Of a DNA stretch of 64,000 bases, positions 42,646 to 53,080 are shown piece by piece. The notes beneath the pieces were generated by a model. That model ran no database searches and had not been told where the DNA came from. It was given only the letters and a program-made list of their open reading frames with translations. A program made the translations under genes and the position numbers. Source of the stretch: an uncultured delta proteobacterium (GTDB lineage Bacteria; Myxococcota; Myxococcia; Myxococcales; Myxococcaceae); the NCBI GenBank assembly GCA_963713045.1, contig CAVQKE010000006.1:64001-128000 (forward strand). Reading direction: 5' to 3'. Every line of letters begins with the position of its first letter. Position 1 is the stretch's first letter.

Positions 42646-43053
42646 TCAGCCGCGCTGCCGGGCGGTGTACAGCCGCGCGCGCTCCCGCTGCACTGCTTCG
42701 GCGGCCGCCTCCAGGCCCGCGTCCCCCGCCGGCAGCGCGGCGTAGCGCTGCTCCGCCTCGCGCAGCCGCGCGCTGGCCCCCTCCACGTCCAGCGACGCCA
42801 GCGGCTCGGCTTCGTCGGCCAGCACGCGCACTGTGTCGTCCGCCACCTCGAAGAAGCCTCCGGCCACAAACCAGGCCTCGGTTTGTCCGCCGCTTCGCAC
42901 CGTCAGCGGACCGGCCGCCAAAATGCCGAGAAAGGCGCTGTGCCCAGGCAGCACGCCGTACAGGCCGTCGGCGGCGGGAGCCACCACCTCGTCCGCGGTC
43001 AGGGCGGCAATGCGGCGCTCGGGGGTGACCACTTCCACATTCAGCTTCGCCAT
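42646..43053 (-). CDS. atpC: F1 ATP synthase epsilon subunit
   Basis: VVTPER..GVLPGH..VAGGFFEV..V.VLADEA. Confidence 0.95.
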   Translation of the reverse strand: MAKLNVEVVTPERRIAALTADEVVAPAADGLYGVLPGHSAFLGILAAGPLTVRSGGQTEAWFVAGGFFEVADDTVRVLADEAEPLASLDVEGASARLREAEQRYAALPAGDAGLEAAAEAVQRERARLYTARQRG

Positions 43054-43071
43054 CCGTCCAGTGTCCTTCCT

Positions 43072-43620
43072 CTAAAAGTCGAGCCGAAGCGTCTTCGGCT
43101 CCACCGTCTCGAATTCCACCTGGTTCGCGTCGGTAATGCGCGGCCGCGTCCCAGAAATCCCGGCCACGCCCTCCAGCCACAGGAAGTGGGTGCCGAGGTC
43201 TCGTAGCTTGTCAAAGCGTCGGGTCATCAACTCATGCAGGGTGCGCTCGGCCAGCACCCGGCCCTGCCTGTCGTAAAGGGTGGCCACCACGGCGCGGATG
43301 AAGGGCTGCCCGGGGGGCAATGGCTTGGGCTTGTTGCCATTGGCCTTCGGCTGGGGCGGCGTCCGCGGCAGCACCGTCAGCACCCAGAAGTGCTCGCCGT
43401 CGTTGCTGATGAAGAAGAGGTCGTCCAGCGTCCCGACGCACTGCTCGACACTCCACGCCGGGTCCGAGTCCCGGGTCGCCTCCACCCGGCACTTCTCCGG
43501 GGCCGTCTCCACCAGCTGGATGCTCCACACCCCGTTGGAGGAGGCATGGGCTGCGCTGGAACGTGCCTCCGCCGACGCCAGCGGCAGGGCGAGCAGCGGA
43601 GCCAGCAGACGAATGCCCAA
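43072..43620 (-). CDS. exported hypothetical protein between atpD and atpC
   Basis: Signal peptide (LLAPLLALPLASAEA) and two Cys. TTG start inferred. Confidence 0.65.
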   Translation of the reverse strand: MGIRLLAPLLALPLASAEARSSAAHASSNGVWSIQLVETAPEKCRVEATRDSDPAWSVEQCVGTLDDLFFISNDGEHFWVLTVLPRTPPQPKANGNKPKPLPPGQPFIRAVVATLYDRQGRVLAERTLHELMTRRFDKLRDLGTHFLWLEGVAGISGTRPRITDANQVEFETVEPKTLRLDF

Positions 43621-43652
43621 GCGTTGAAACCCTCCCCGGGGGGCCGCGGCCC

Positions 43653-45098
<1,446 letters not shown>

Positions 45099-45119
45099 TC
45101 AGGCACTTTCTGCGGGTGG

Positions 45120-46019
45120 CTACTTCAGCGCCTCGGCCCCAGAGACAATCTCCATCAACTCCTTGGTGATTGCCGCCTGCCGAGTGCGGTTGTAGAGGAG
45201 GGACAGCCGGTCAATGGCATCCGAGGCGTTGTTGGTGGCGCTGTCCATGGCCGCCATCCGCGCGGCGTGCTCGGAGGCCACCGACTCCAAGAGGGCGCGC
45301 CAGATGCGTAAGCTCCAAACGTGCGGCAACAGCTGGTCCAGCACCCGCTCGGCGCTGGGCTCATATTCGAAGTCCGTCGAGCGCGCACCCGGCGCAGTCG
45401 GGTCCTGCGTCTCTGGAGCGACCCCCAGCGGGACGAGGCCCTCCAGGGGAAGAATGCGGATGAATTCCACGCGCTGGCTGATGGCGGAGACGAAGCTGTT
45501 GAAGCAGATGTACACCTCATCCACCCGGCCACTGAGAAATTCCTCGGAGATGTCCGAGGCCAGCTGCGCGGCTGCCTGGTACTTCATCCTGGACAACAGC
45601 CCCAGGTAGTCCTTGCGGATTTTCAACCCGCGCCGGCGGAAGAAGTCGAAGCCCTTGCGGCCCACGGTGGAGAGTTGCACCGCGTCGTTGGCCGGCCCCT
45701 TTTCATAAAGAAAGCGCGAGACCCGCCGCAGAACGTTGGAATTGAAGGCCCCGGCCAGGCCTCGGTCGGAGCTCAGCACCACGACTTCGACGCGCTTCGG
45801 CTGAGGGCGCGGGATGAGCAGTGGATGGGTGACGTCCCCGTGCCGAGACGCGACGTCCCGGAGCAAGCGCTCCAGCGCCGCGGAGTAGGGCCGGGTGGCC
45901 ATCAACGCCTCCTGCGCCCGCCGCAGCTTGGCCGCAGAAACCATCTTCATGGCCTTGGTAATTTGCTGCGTGCTCTTGAACGAGCGAACGCGCTTGCGGA
46001 TGTCGCGGAGGCTAGCCAT
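45120..46019 (-). CDS. atpG: F1 ATP synthase gamma subunit
   Basis: ITKAMKMVSAAK, SDRGLAG, NRTRQAAITKELMEIVSGA. Confidence 0.98.
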   Translation of the reverse strand: MASLRDIRKRVRSFKSTQQITKAMKMVSAAKLRRAQEALMATRPYSAALERLLRDVASRHGDVTHPLLIPRPQPKRVEVVVLSSDRGLAGAFNSNVLRRVSRFLYEKGPANDAVQLSTVGRKGFDFFRRRGLKIRKDYLGLLSRMKYQAAAQLASDISEEFLSGRVDEVYICFNSFVSAISQRVEFIRILPLEGLVPLGVAPETQDPTAPGARSTDFEYEPSAERVLDQLLPHVWSLRIWRALLESVASEHAARMAAMDSATNNASDAIDRLSLLYNRTRQAAITKELMEIVSGAEALK

Positions 46020-46164
46020 CTGGAGGAAAAGGGAGTCCCCGGGCAGATGCCCCGCCCGGGGCGGCGCACCCTATGTCGCAGCCCGGTCCAAAAATCAACG
46101 TCGGTGATGCCCGGCACACTGCCGGATGCTGACCGGCGGGTTCCCCCCCGCCCGTCCCCTGGAC

Positions 46165-46794
46165 ATGCCCCGCCCCTTCCTGCGCCGCCTCAGCCTGTCT
46201 GCCCTGGCGGTGGCCGTCGGGGCGTGCCTGTTGCCTTCCGTCCTGATTGACATTGCCTATGCGCCGGAGATTTTCACCGTCGACAACGCCCCAACCGCTC
46301 CGGTGGGTGTTGTTTTCGGGGCGGGCCTCGCTCCCGGCGGAGAGCCCTCGCCGCTTCTGGCCGAGCGGCTGGAGGCCGCCCTGGCACTGTGGAATGCCGG
46401 CAAGGTGCAACGTCTGCTGCTCACCGGGAACGCCGGCGCGCACCACGATGAGATTCGGGCCATGCGGCACTACCTGGTGACGGCCGGCGTGCCCGAGCGC
46501 GCGCTGGTGGGCGACCTCGAGGGTACGTCCACCTTCGACAGCTGCTGGCGTGCCCGCAGCGTCTTTGGCGTGAAAGACGCCCTGCTCATCACCCAGCGCT
46601 TCCACCTGCCGCGGGCGCTCTTCCTCGCCGCCCACGCCGGCATGGCCGCCCGAGGCGTCGCCGCTGGCGGACGCCCGCGCTGGACGTCGCTCGCGGTGTG
46701 GCGGGAGCTTCTGGCGCGACCGCTCGCGGTGCTGGAAGTCTTGACACACGGGGCGCCCGAGCCTCCGCAGCAGACGAGCGGCCTACCGGGCTGA
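46165..46794 (+). CDS. SanA/YdcF (DUF218) family protein
   Basis: VFGAG..LAERL, STFDSC.RA..FG, ITQRFHLPRA, RELLA. Confidence 0.88.
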   Translation: MPRPFLRRLSLSALAVAVGACLLPSVLIDIAYAPEIFTVDNAPTAPVGVVFGAGLAPGGEPSPLLAERLEAALALWNAGKVQRLLLTGNAGAHHDEIRAMRHYLVTAGVPERALVGDLEGTSTFDSCWRARSVFGVKDALLITQRFHLPRALFLAAHAGMAARGVAAGGRPRWTSLAVWRELLARPLAVLEVLTHGAPEPPQQTSGLPG

Positions 46795-46804
46795 GCGCTT
46801 CGCC

Positions 46805-46852
46805 AAAAAAAGACGCCCAAGGAAAGCGGCGGGCCGCTTCCTTGGGCGTCTT
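46805..46852 (-). terminator. Rho-independent terminator of the Asr-like peptide genes
   Basis: About 20-bp stem AAGACGCCCAAGGAA(A)GCGGC/GCCGCTTCCTTGGGCGTCTT followed on the minus strand by a T7 run. Confidence 0.8.
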
Positions 46853-46871
46853 CCCGCGAAAAGAGCGGGGC

Positions 46872-47093
46872 TTACTTCGCCGGGGCAGCGTCCGCCGGCT
46901 TGTCCGCTGCGGGCTTCGCCGAAGTCGTCGACTTCTTCGTCGAGGAGGAGGAGGACTTGTGGGTGGTGGTGGTGCTGCTGCTCTTCTTGGCGGGAGCTGC
47001 CGCCGCCTTCTCGGTGGTGGCCGGCTTGGCAGCGTCCTGCGCAAAGGCGGCAAACGAGGTGGCAAGAACGAGCGCGGTGAACAGATTCTTCAT
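46872..47093 (-). CDS. small secreted Lys/Ala/Ser/Thr-rich peptide 1 (Asr-like)
   Basis: MKNLFTALVLATSFAAFA signal peptide, low-complexity mature region, AAGGAG RBS. Confidence 0.85.
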   Translation of the reverse strand: MKNLFTALVLATSFAAFAQDAAKPATTEKAAAAPAKKSSSTTTTHKSSSSSTKKSTTSAKPAADKPADAAPAK

Positions 47094-47156
47094 GAATTGA
47101 AACTCCTTCAGGTTTCGGTTGTGCGGGGCGAAGTCGCCCCGTCGACGGGAAAGCCG

Positions 47157-47173
47157 AGCACGCGCCGTGCCAA
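47157..47173 (-). promoter_or_regulatory. sigma54 -24/-12 promoter of peptide 1
   Basis: TTGGCACGGCGCGTGCT: TGGCACG with exact GG-N10-GC spacing. Confidence 0.8.
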
Positions 47174-47234
47174 AGAAAAGAGGCGCCTGCCCGCTTGGCA
47201 GACGCCCCCTCATGACGTCAGGCGTTAACGAAAA

Positions 47235-47447
47235 TTACTTGCTGGCGGGCGCAGCGGCGGGAGCCGGCGCGTTCTTGGCCGCCGGCTTGGCGGCCGGGGC
47301 AGTGGTCGTCTTCTTGGTGTCTGTGGACTTCTTCGCCGCGGGAGCTGCCGTCTTGTCGGCCGGAGCAGTCTTGGCCGCCGGCTTGGCGTCGTCGGCAAAT
47401 GCCGCCAACGAAGTCGCAAGCACCAGCGCGGTCATGAGGTTCTTCAT
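47235..47447 (-). CDS. small secreted Lys/Ala/Pro-rich peptide 2 (paralog of peptide 1)
   Basis: MKNLMTALVLATSLAAFA-DDAKPAAK..., with a near-identical signal peptide. Confidence 0.85.
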   Translation of the reverse strand: MKNLMTALVLATSLAAFADDAKPAAKTAPADKTAAPAAKKSTDTKKTTTAPAAKPAAKNAPAPAAAPASK

Positions 47448-47505
47448 GGGGTTTCTCTCTTGGGTTGGCGGCGGGCACCATGCACGCCGGGCAAAAGGGG
47501 GGTTC

Positions 47506-47522
47506 AGCAGCTTCCGTGCCAA
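47506..47522 (-). promoter_or_regulatory. sigma54 -24/-12 promoter of peptide 2
   Basis: TTGGCACGGAAGCTGCT: TGGCACG with exact GG-N10-GC spacing. Confidence 0.8.
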
Positions 47523-47550
47523 GGAATGACGCCCCGTGGCAGACGTTGGT

Positions 47551-47599
47551 TGGGGAAGCCCTCCTCAGCCGGACATGCCGGTTGTGGAGAAACTCCCCA
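47551..47599. promoter_or_regulatory. tandem palindromic enhancer-like (bEBP) sites
   Basis: TGGGGAAGCCCTCCTCA (47551-47567) and TGTGGAGAAACTCCCCA (47583-47599), consensus TGnGGA-N5-TCCnCA, 32 bp apart. Confidence 0.65.
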
Positions 47600-47658
47600 G
47601 CCAGCAAATACAACCTGACTGGAAGGATGGCCTGCTGGCCCTCTTTGCCTATGTCAGG

Positions 47659-49098
47659 ATGATGCCGCCTTTGACGACTTCCACGTTTCACTCGTCGTTT
47701 CGCCGCTACCGCGCCGCGTTCGTCTTCGTCGTCGGACTGCTGACGCTGGTCGCCGGATTCACGCTGTGGAATGAGCTGCACACCAACGTCCGCATCGACG
47801 AGCTGTTTGAGCAGGCCCTGGAGCGGGAGCAGCTCATCGGCCGCATCCGCGCCGACGCGCTCGACTTGCAGGACCAAGTCAACAAGCACATCGAAGCCTC
47901 CTCGGACGAGCTGCGCCAGGAGGCGGACGCCCGGATGGAGGAAGTGCTCGCCGACGCCAAAGAAGCCCGCTTGGAGTACACGCGGGACCTTCCGGTGGGC
48001 GAGAAGGAAGTTTGGAATCGTTTCGACGAAACCGCGCGCCAGTTGGCGCAGTCGGCCCGGGTGGCCCTCAAGTTCAGCAGCGCCAAGGAACTGGAACGCG
48101 CACGCCAGCACCTCGAGGCCGAACTGCGCCCCATCAGCGCGCAGCTGCAGAACGTCGCCGCCGAGCTCTCGGTCAAGAATGGCGAGGAAACCCGCCGACT
48201 GCTGCACCAGCGGGAGAACTTGCGAACCAAGACCACGCTGATTGGGACGCTGGTGGCCGCCGCCTCCATCATCATGGCGCTGCTGGTGGGGACCAGCATG
48301 GTGAGGATTCTTCGGCGGCAGGAACGCACCATCGAGGCCCAGCTTGAAGAGCTGGACCGCCGCAACCAGGAGCTCGACGCATTCGCCAGCCGCGTGGCCC
48401 ATGACCTGGTCGGGCCCCTCAACCCGCTGAAGGGCTACCTCACCCTGATTGCCCGCTCCCCGGCCGTCTCGGACCCCGATGTGCGCGAGATGCTGGCCGA
48501 AGCGGTGGCCTCGGCGACGCGGATGGCGGAGCTGGTGGAGGGCCTGCTTCGTTTCTGTCGAGCCGGCACGCGGAGCGAGGCCCCGGGCGCGGAGATGGAC
48601 ACCGCCGTCACCACCATCCTCCTGGAACTCGACCAGGTGGCGGCGCTCCAGGACGTGCGGGTCGACCGCAGGCTTCAGCCCCACGTCCGGGCGGAAGTGC
48701 CGGCGGCCCTGCTGCAGTCCATCGCCCGCAACCTCATCTCCAATGCAGTGAAGTACTCCGCCGGCGGGCGGAGCGCACGGGTGGCAGTGCGGGTGTTTGC
48801 CGAAGGAGCCTGGGCGGTACTCGAAGTCACCGACAACGGCCCGGGGATGAATGAGGCCACCCGGCAGCGCCTCTTTCAGCCCTTTTTTCGCGCCCCCGAA
48901 GCGCGCGGCCTTCCCGGACATGGCCTCGGCCTGGCCACCACCAAGCGGCTGGTGGTGGCCCACGGCGGCACCATCAAAGTGCAATCCGCGGCTGGGGCCG
49001 GGACGGTGGTGACGGTGCGGCTGCCGCTTTCGCCGCCCGAAGTCCGCGCTCCTGGGCTGGCCCCGGTCCGCACGGCGGCACTGGTCGAGCCCAGATGA
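47659..49098 (+). CDS. membrane sensor histidine kinase with periplasmic four-helix domain
   Basis: Two TMs flanking a helical domain, VAHDLVGPL, NLISNAVKYS, DNGPGM, GHGLGL. Start placed at 47659. Confidence 0.92.
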   Translation: MMPPLTTSTFHSSFRRYRAAFVFVVGLLTLVAGFTLWNELHTNVRIDELFEQALEREQLIGRIRADALDLQDQVNKHIEASSDELRQEADARMEEVLADAKEARLEYTRDLPVGEKEVWNRFDETARQLAQSARVALKFSSAKELERARQHLEAELRPISAQLQNVAAELSVKNGEETRRLLHQRENLRTKTTLIGTLVAAASIIMALLVGTSMVRILRRQERTIEAQLEELDRRNQELDAFASRVAHDLVGPLNPLKGYLTLIARSPAVSDPDVREMLAEAVASATRMAELVEGLLRFCRAGTRSEAPGAEMDTAVTTILLELDQVAALQDVRVDRRLQPHVRAEVPAALLQSIARNLISNAVKYSAGGRSARVAVRVFAEGAWAVLEVTDNGPGMNEATRQRLFQPFFRAPEARGLPGHGLGLATTKRLVVAHGGTIKVQSAAGAGTVVTVRLPLSPPEVRAPGLAPVRTAALVEPR

Positions 49099-50441
49099 CC
49101 CCACGCATCCTCGTCGTCGACGACGACCCACACGCCCGGGCGCTTCTCCGGCGCCTGTTGGCCCCTCTGGGCGAAGTCAGCGAAGCGTCGGGCGTCGCCC
49201 AGGCGGAGGAGGTGCTGCGCGGCAGCGGCAAGGTGGACCTGGTGCTGACCGACATGGCCATGCCGGACGCCGCGGATGGGCTGCGGGTCCTCAAGGCCAC
49301 CCAGGACGCGAGCCCGGACACGGCGGTGGTGGTCATCACCGCCTTCAGCAACGTGGAAGGCGCGCTGGACGCCATCCAACAAGGCGCCTTCGACTACCTG
49401 TCCAAGCCCTTCGACGTCGATGCCATCGTCCGGGTGTCGCGGCGCGGTCTCGAACAAAAACGCCTGGTGGAGGAAAACCGCAATCTCCGCAGCCAGGTCA
49501 AGCAGCCCGAGCTGGTGGGACGCAGCGCCGGCCTCCTCGAAGTGTACAAACAAGTGGCCCGGGCCGCTTCCACCAACGTGCCGGTCCTCATCACCGGCGA
49601 GACCGGCACCGGCAAGGAACAAGTGGCCCGCTCCCTCCACCAGCGCTCGCTGCGCAGCGACGGGCCCTTTGTCCCGGTGGACTGCGGCGCCATCAACGAG
49701 TCCTTGATGGAGAGCGAATTGTTTGGCCACGCCAAGGGTGCCTTCACCGGGGCAGCCGGCTTCCGCCGCGGCCTCTTCGAGGAGGCCAACGGCGGCACCC
49801 TCTTCCTGGACGAAATTGGCGACGTCGGGCCGAAAATCCAAAGCCAACTGCTGCGCGCCTTGCAGGAGGGCACCATCCGCCGGGTGGGAGAAAGCATTGC
49901 GGTGCGGGTCGACGTCCGGGTGGTGGCCGCCACCAACAAGGAATTGCCTCAGCTGGTCAAGGAGGGACGCTTCCGGGAGGACCTCCTCTACCGCCTCGAC
50001 GTGGTGCACCTGCATCTGCCTCCCTTGCGCGAGCGGCGGGGGGACATCCCGGCCCTGGTGGAGCACTTCGCAGCGCTGCATGCCCGGGGCGGCGCGCGGC
50101 CGGTGGTGACGGAGGAGGCGAAGGCGCGGCTTCAGGCCTACGACTGGCCGGGCAACGTTCGTCAACTGGAAAACGTCGTCGCCCGGGCGCTGGCCCTCAA
50201 CGTCATCGGCGTGCTTGGGCCCCAGGATTTTCCGGCCCCCATCGGCGACGCCCAGGCCAAGGAAGGCGGTCTCTTCGAGGACATGCCCTCGCTGGCCGAG
50301 CTCAGCCGGCGCTATGCCGCCCATGTGCTGCACGCGGTGGGCGGCAACAAGAGCGAGGCGGCGCGGCTGCTGGAAGTGGACCGCAAGACGTTCTACAAAC
50401 TGCTCAACACCGAGGAAGCTTCCGAGGGGCCGGGCCAATAG
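49095..50441 (+). CDS. NtrC-family sigma54 enhancer-binding response regulator
   Basis: REC domain, GETGTGKE, ESELFGHAKGAFTGA, FLDEIG, WPGNVRQL, Fis HTH. Confidence 0.95.
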   Translation: MTPRILVVDDDPHARALLRRLLAPLGEVSEASGVAQAEEVLRGSGKVDLVLTDMAMPDAADGLRVLKATQDASPDTAVVVITAFSNVEGALDAIQQGAFDYLSKPFDVDAIVRVSRRGLEQKRLVEENRNLRSQVKQPELVGRSAGLLEVYKQVARAASTNVPVLITGETGTGKEQVARSLHQRSLRSDGPFVPVDCGAINESLMESELFGHAKGAFTGAAGFRRGLFEEANGGTLFLDEIGDVGPKIQSQLLRALQEGTIRRVGESIAVRVDVRVVAATNKELPQLVKEGRFREDLLYRLDVVHLHLPPLRERRGDIPALVEHFAALHARGGARPVVTEEAKARLQAYDWPGNVRQLENVVARALALNVIGVLGPQDFPAPIGDAQAKEGGLFEDMPSLAELSRRYAAHVLHAVGGNKSEAARLLEVDRKTFYKLLNTEEASEGPGQ

Positions 50442-50460
50442 CCGCCGCCCGGCTTGGGCT

Positions 50461-52269
50461 TCAGGCGGCGGCCGACTCCATCAGCGTCGTCAGCCGCCTT
50501 GTGACTTCTGCCATTTGCTGGCGGTTTCCGGAGCGGAAGGCCGAACGCCCCAGGGCCACCAGCCGGCGGACACTCTCCATCAATGCCTCGGCGTCCGCGC
50601 GTTCCGGGGCGGAGGACTCGGAGAGGACCCGGGTCAACTGTTCGCCGCGCGCCAGCAGGTCGGTAAAGGTCCGCATCGCCTGCACCTCGGGCGGGGACTG
50701 CTTCTTGTGGTAGGCCTTCTGTTCGGCCCTCAGCTGTTTGACTTCCGAAGCCGACAGCTCGGTCCGCTGCTCCAGCTTCACCGCCTGAGATAGCCCTGAG
50801 GAAAGGTCCATCGCGCGCACACTCAACGTGCCCTCGCTGGACAACTCAAAGGTGACTTCCAGCGGTGCCTCCGAGCGGGTCTTGGCCCGTAAGTCCGACA
50901 GCAGCACCTCGCCCAGTTTGGCCCGCTCCACGCCCCCCTCGCCGTCGCCCTGGAGAATCTCAATCCGCGCCCGGGCCTGTCCGGCACTGGCCGGAAGGAA
51001 GACTTCCTTGGCCACCACCGGGATGGATGTGTTTTTCGCGACCAAGCAGCGCACGCCGCCACCGTAGACGGCCACACCAACGCTGTGGCTGGCCACGTCA
51101 ATGAGGAGCGCCTCTCCGGTGCGTTCGGCCAGCTCCGCCGCATGGACCGCCGCCCCCAGGGCCACCACCTCGTCGGGGTTGATGCCGACCACTGGCTCGC
51201 GGCCGAAGTATTCAGCCACCAGCCGCCGCACCATCGGCACCCGCGTCATCCCTCCCACCATCAACACCACGTCGAAGTCTCTGGGGTTGGCGTGGGCCTC
51301 CACCATCAGTGCCTGGCAGGTCTGCAGACAGCGATCGCCCAGCGGCTCGCACAGCCGCTCAAACTCCGAGCGCGACAATGAGCACTCGGTATTCACCAGC
51401 CCGCCCCCCGGACGATGGTCGCCCAGGCCGGAGACCGAGACCAGCGCCGCCTCGCTGACGGTGAGCTCGCGTTTGGCCAGCTCGGCCGCCACCTTCAAGC
51501 GCTGCATGGAAAGGGTGTCCCGGGCCGCGGCCTCGCGGTGGCTCTCCGGCACCTGCTCGAGCAGCCACTGCACCACCCGGGCGTCGAAGTCTTCGCCGCC
51601 GAGAAGGGGGTCCCCACCAGTGGCTCTCACCTGAAAGACGCCGTTTTCCACTTCCAAAATGGAAACGTCGAAGGTGCCACCGCCCAAGTCGAAGACCAGC
51701 GCGCGACCTCGAAAGTTGGACGTCAGCCCATAGGCCACCGCGGCCGCCGTCGGCTCGTTCACCAGCCGCAGCACGTTGAGGCCGGCGATGTGCGCCGCCT
51801 CGCGCGTCGCCGCCCGCTGCAAGTCATCGAAGTTGGCGGGCACGGTAATCACGCAGTTGCTCACCGGGCGCTCGAAATGGGCCTCGGCATCCAGCTTGAG
51901 CTCGCCCAAAATCATCGCCGACACCTGCGTCAGCGGAAGCACCCGTCCGGCAATCCGCACCCGCACTTCGCCATTGGGGCCCTCCAACAAAGGGTACGGC
52001 ACCAGCGCCCGGGCCGAGCGCGCCAACTCCGCCGTCCAGCGCCGGCCGATGAAGCGCTTGGTGGCGCTGGCCACGTCTCCCGGGTGCTCCTCGGCCACCG
52101 CGCGAGCCGCTTCCCCCACCACCCGCATGCCGTCTGGCGAGAACCCCACCAGGGACGGCGTCAGCGGACGGCCCCGGCGGTTGGGGATGATGCGTGGGCC
52201 AGAGTCATCCACCGTGGCCACAGCGCTGGTGGAGGTGCCGAGGTCGATGCCTACGACGGGCTGGGACAT
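50461..52269 (-). CDS. Hsp70/DnaK-family protein (divergent paralog)
   Basis: [46 protein letters not shown]. Substrate-binding domain is divergent. Confidence 0.92.
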   Translation of the reverse strand: MSQPVVGIDLGTSTSAVATVDDSGPRIIPNRRGRPLTPSLVGFSPDGMRVVGEAARAVAEEHPGDVASATKRFIGRRWTAELARSARALVPYPLLEGPNGEVRVRIAGRVLPLTQVSAMILGELKLDAEAHFERPVSNCVITVPANFDDLQRAATREAAHIAGLNVLRLVNEPTAAAVAYGLTSNFRGRALVFDLGGGTFDVSILEVENGVFQVRATGGDPLLGGEDFDARVVQWLLEQVPESHREAAARDTLSMQRLKVAAELAKRELTVSEAALVSVSGLGDHRPGGGLVNTECSLSRSEFERLCEPLGDRCLQTCQALMVEAHANPRDFDVVLMVGGMTRVPMVRRLVAEYFGREPVVGINPDEVVALGAAVHAAELAERTGEALLIDVASHSVGVAVYGGGVRCLVAKNTSIPVVAKEVFLPASAGQARARIEILQGDGEGGVERAKLGEVLLSDLRAKTRSEAPLEVTFELSSEGTLSVRAMDLSSGLSQAVKLEQRTELSASEVKQLRAEQKAYHKKQSPPEVQAMRTFTDLLARGEQLTRVLSESSAPERADAEALMESVRRLVALGRSAFRSGNRQQMAEVTRRLTTLMESAAA

Positions 52270-52385
52270 GGGGCCGGACCCGAGCTTCCCATCGCGCGTT
52301 TGGGTGGGAGCAAGGCGCAGCCGAGGTGACACTGCCTCTGCTGCGTTGCCGCACGATTGAAGCGTGTGCTAATCGCCCGGGCGCC

Positions 52386-52928
52386 ATGGTGGTCAACGTC
52401 TCCGTCGCCCGTCGCTATGCCCGAGCACTCCTCGAGGCCGGTGCCGCCCAGGACGCCGACCGCGTCGCTGGCCAACTCGAGTCGCTGGCAGCTTTGGTGC
52501 GCAGCCGCGCCGAACTGCAGGCCTTCCTGGCCAACCCGACGTACACCCGCGCACAGCAGCACGCGGTCCTGGACGTTCTCATCCGGGAACTCCCGGTCGA
52601 CGCCGAGCCCCTGCCCCGCTTCCTGCGGCTGCTGGTCGACCGTCGACGCCTCGGCGTCCTGTCCGACATTGCCCGGCTGTTTCGGGACTTGGCCGATGCG
52701 CGGGCCGGCCGCATTCGCGGCCAGGTGGTGAGTGCGACCCCGCTGGCCCCGGAGTTGCTCCGGCAGCTGGAGGCGGCGCTCTCGGCGGTCACCCAGTCGG
52801 CCGTCCTCCTGGAAACCAAGGTCGACCCCCAGGTGCTGGGCGGCGTCTCGGCCCAAGTCGGCTCGGTGCTTTACGACGGGACGCTTCGCGCCGGTTTGGA
52901 CGAGATGCGGCGCGCACTGAAACGCTGA
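52386..52928 (+). CDS. atpH: F1 ATP synthase delta subunit
   Basis: VARRYARAL..FL.LLVD..R..VDP..LGGV..VG..YDG. Confidence 0.93.
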   Translation: MVVNVSVARRYARALLEAGAAQDADRVAGQLESLAALVRSRAELQAFLANPTYTRAQQHAVLDVLIRELPVDAEPLPRFLRLLVDRRRLGVLSDIARLFRDLADARAGRIRGQVVSATPLAPELLRQLEAALSAVTQSAVLLETKVDPQVLGGVSAQVGSVLYDGTLRAGLDEMRRALKR

Positions 52929-53080
52929 ATTGCCTACACAAACGTAGCGCGCCCTTCTCGTAGGCCCCGTCGGCTGCGAACGGCGGATGCTGTCCACCTC
53001 TGGCCAGTTGTGGTTTCATCGCTTGGCCACTTCAGCATTCGACAACCCACTCTCCAGCTTTCCTTAGGAGTCACCATCCC

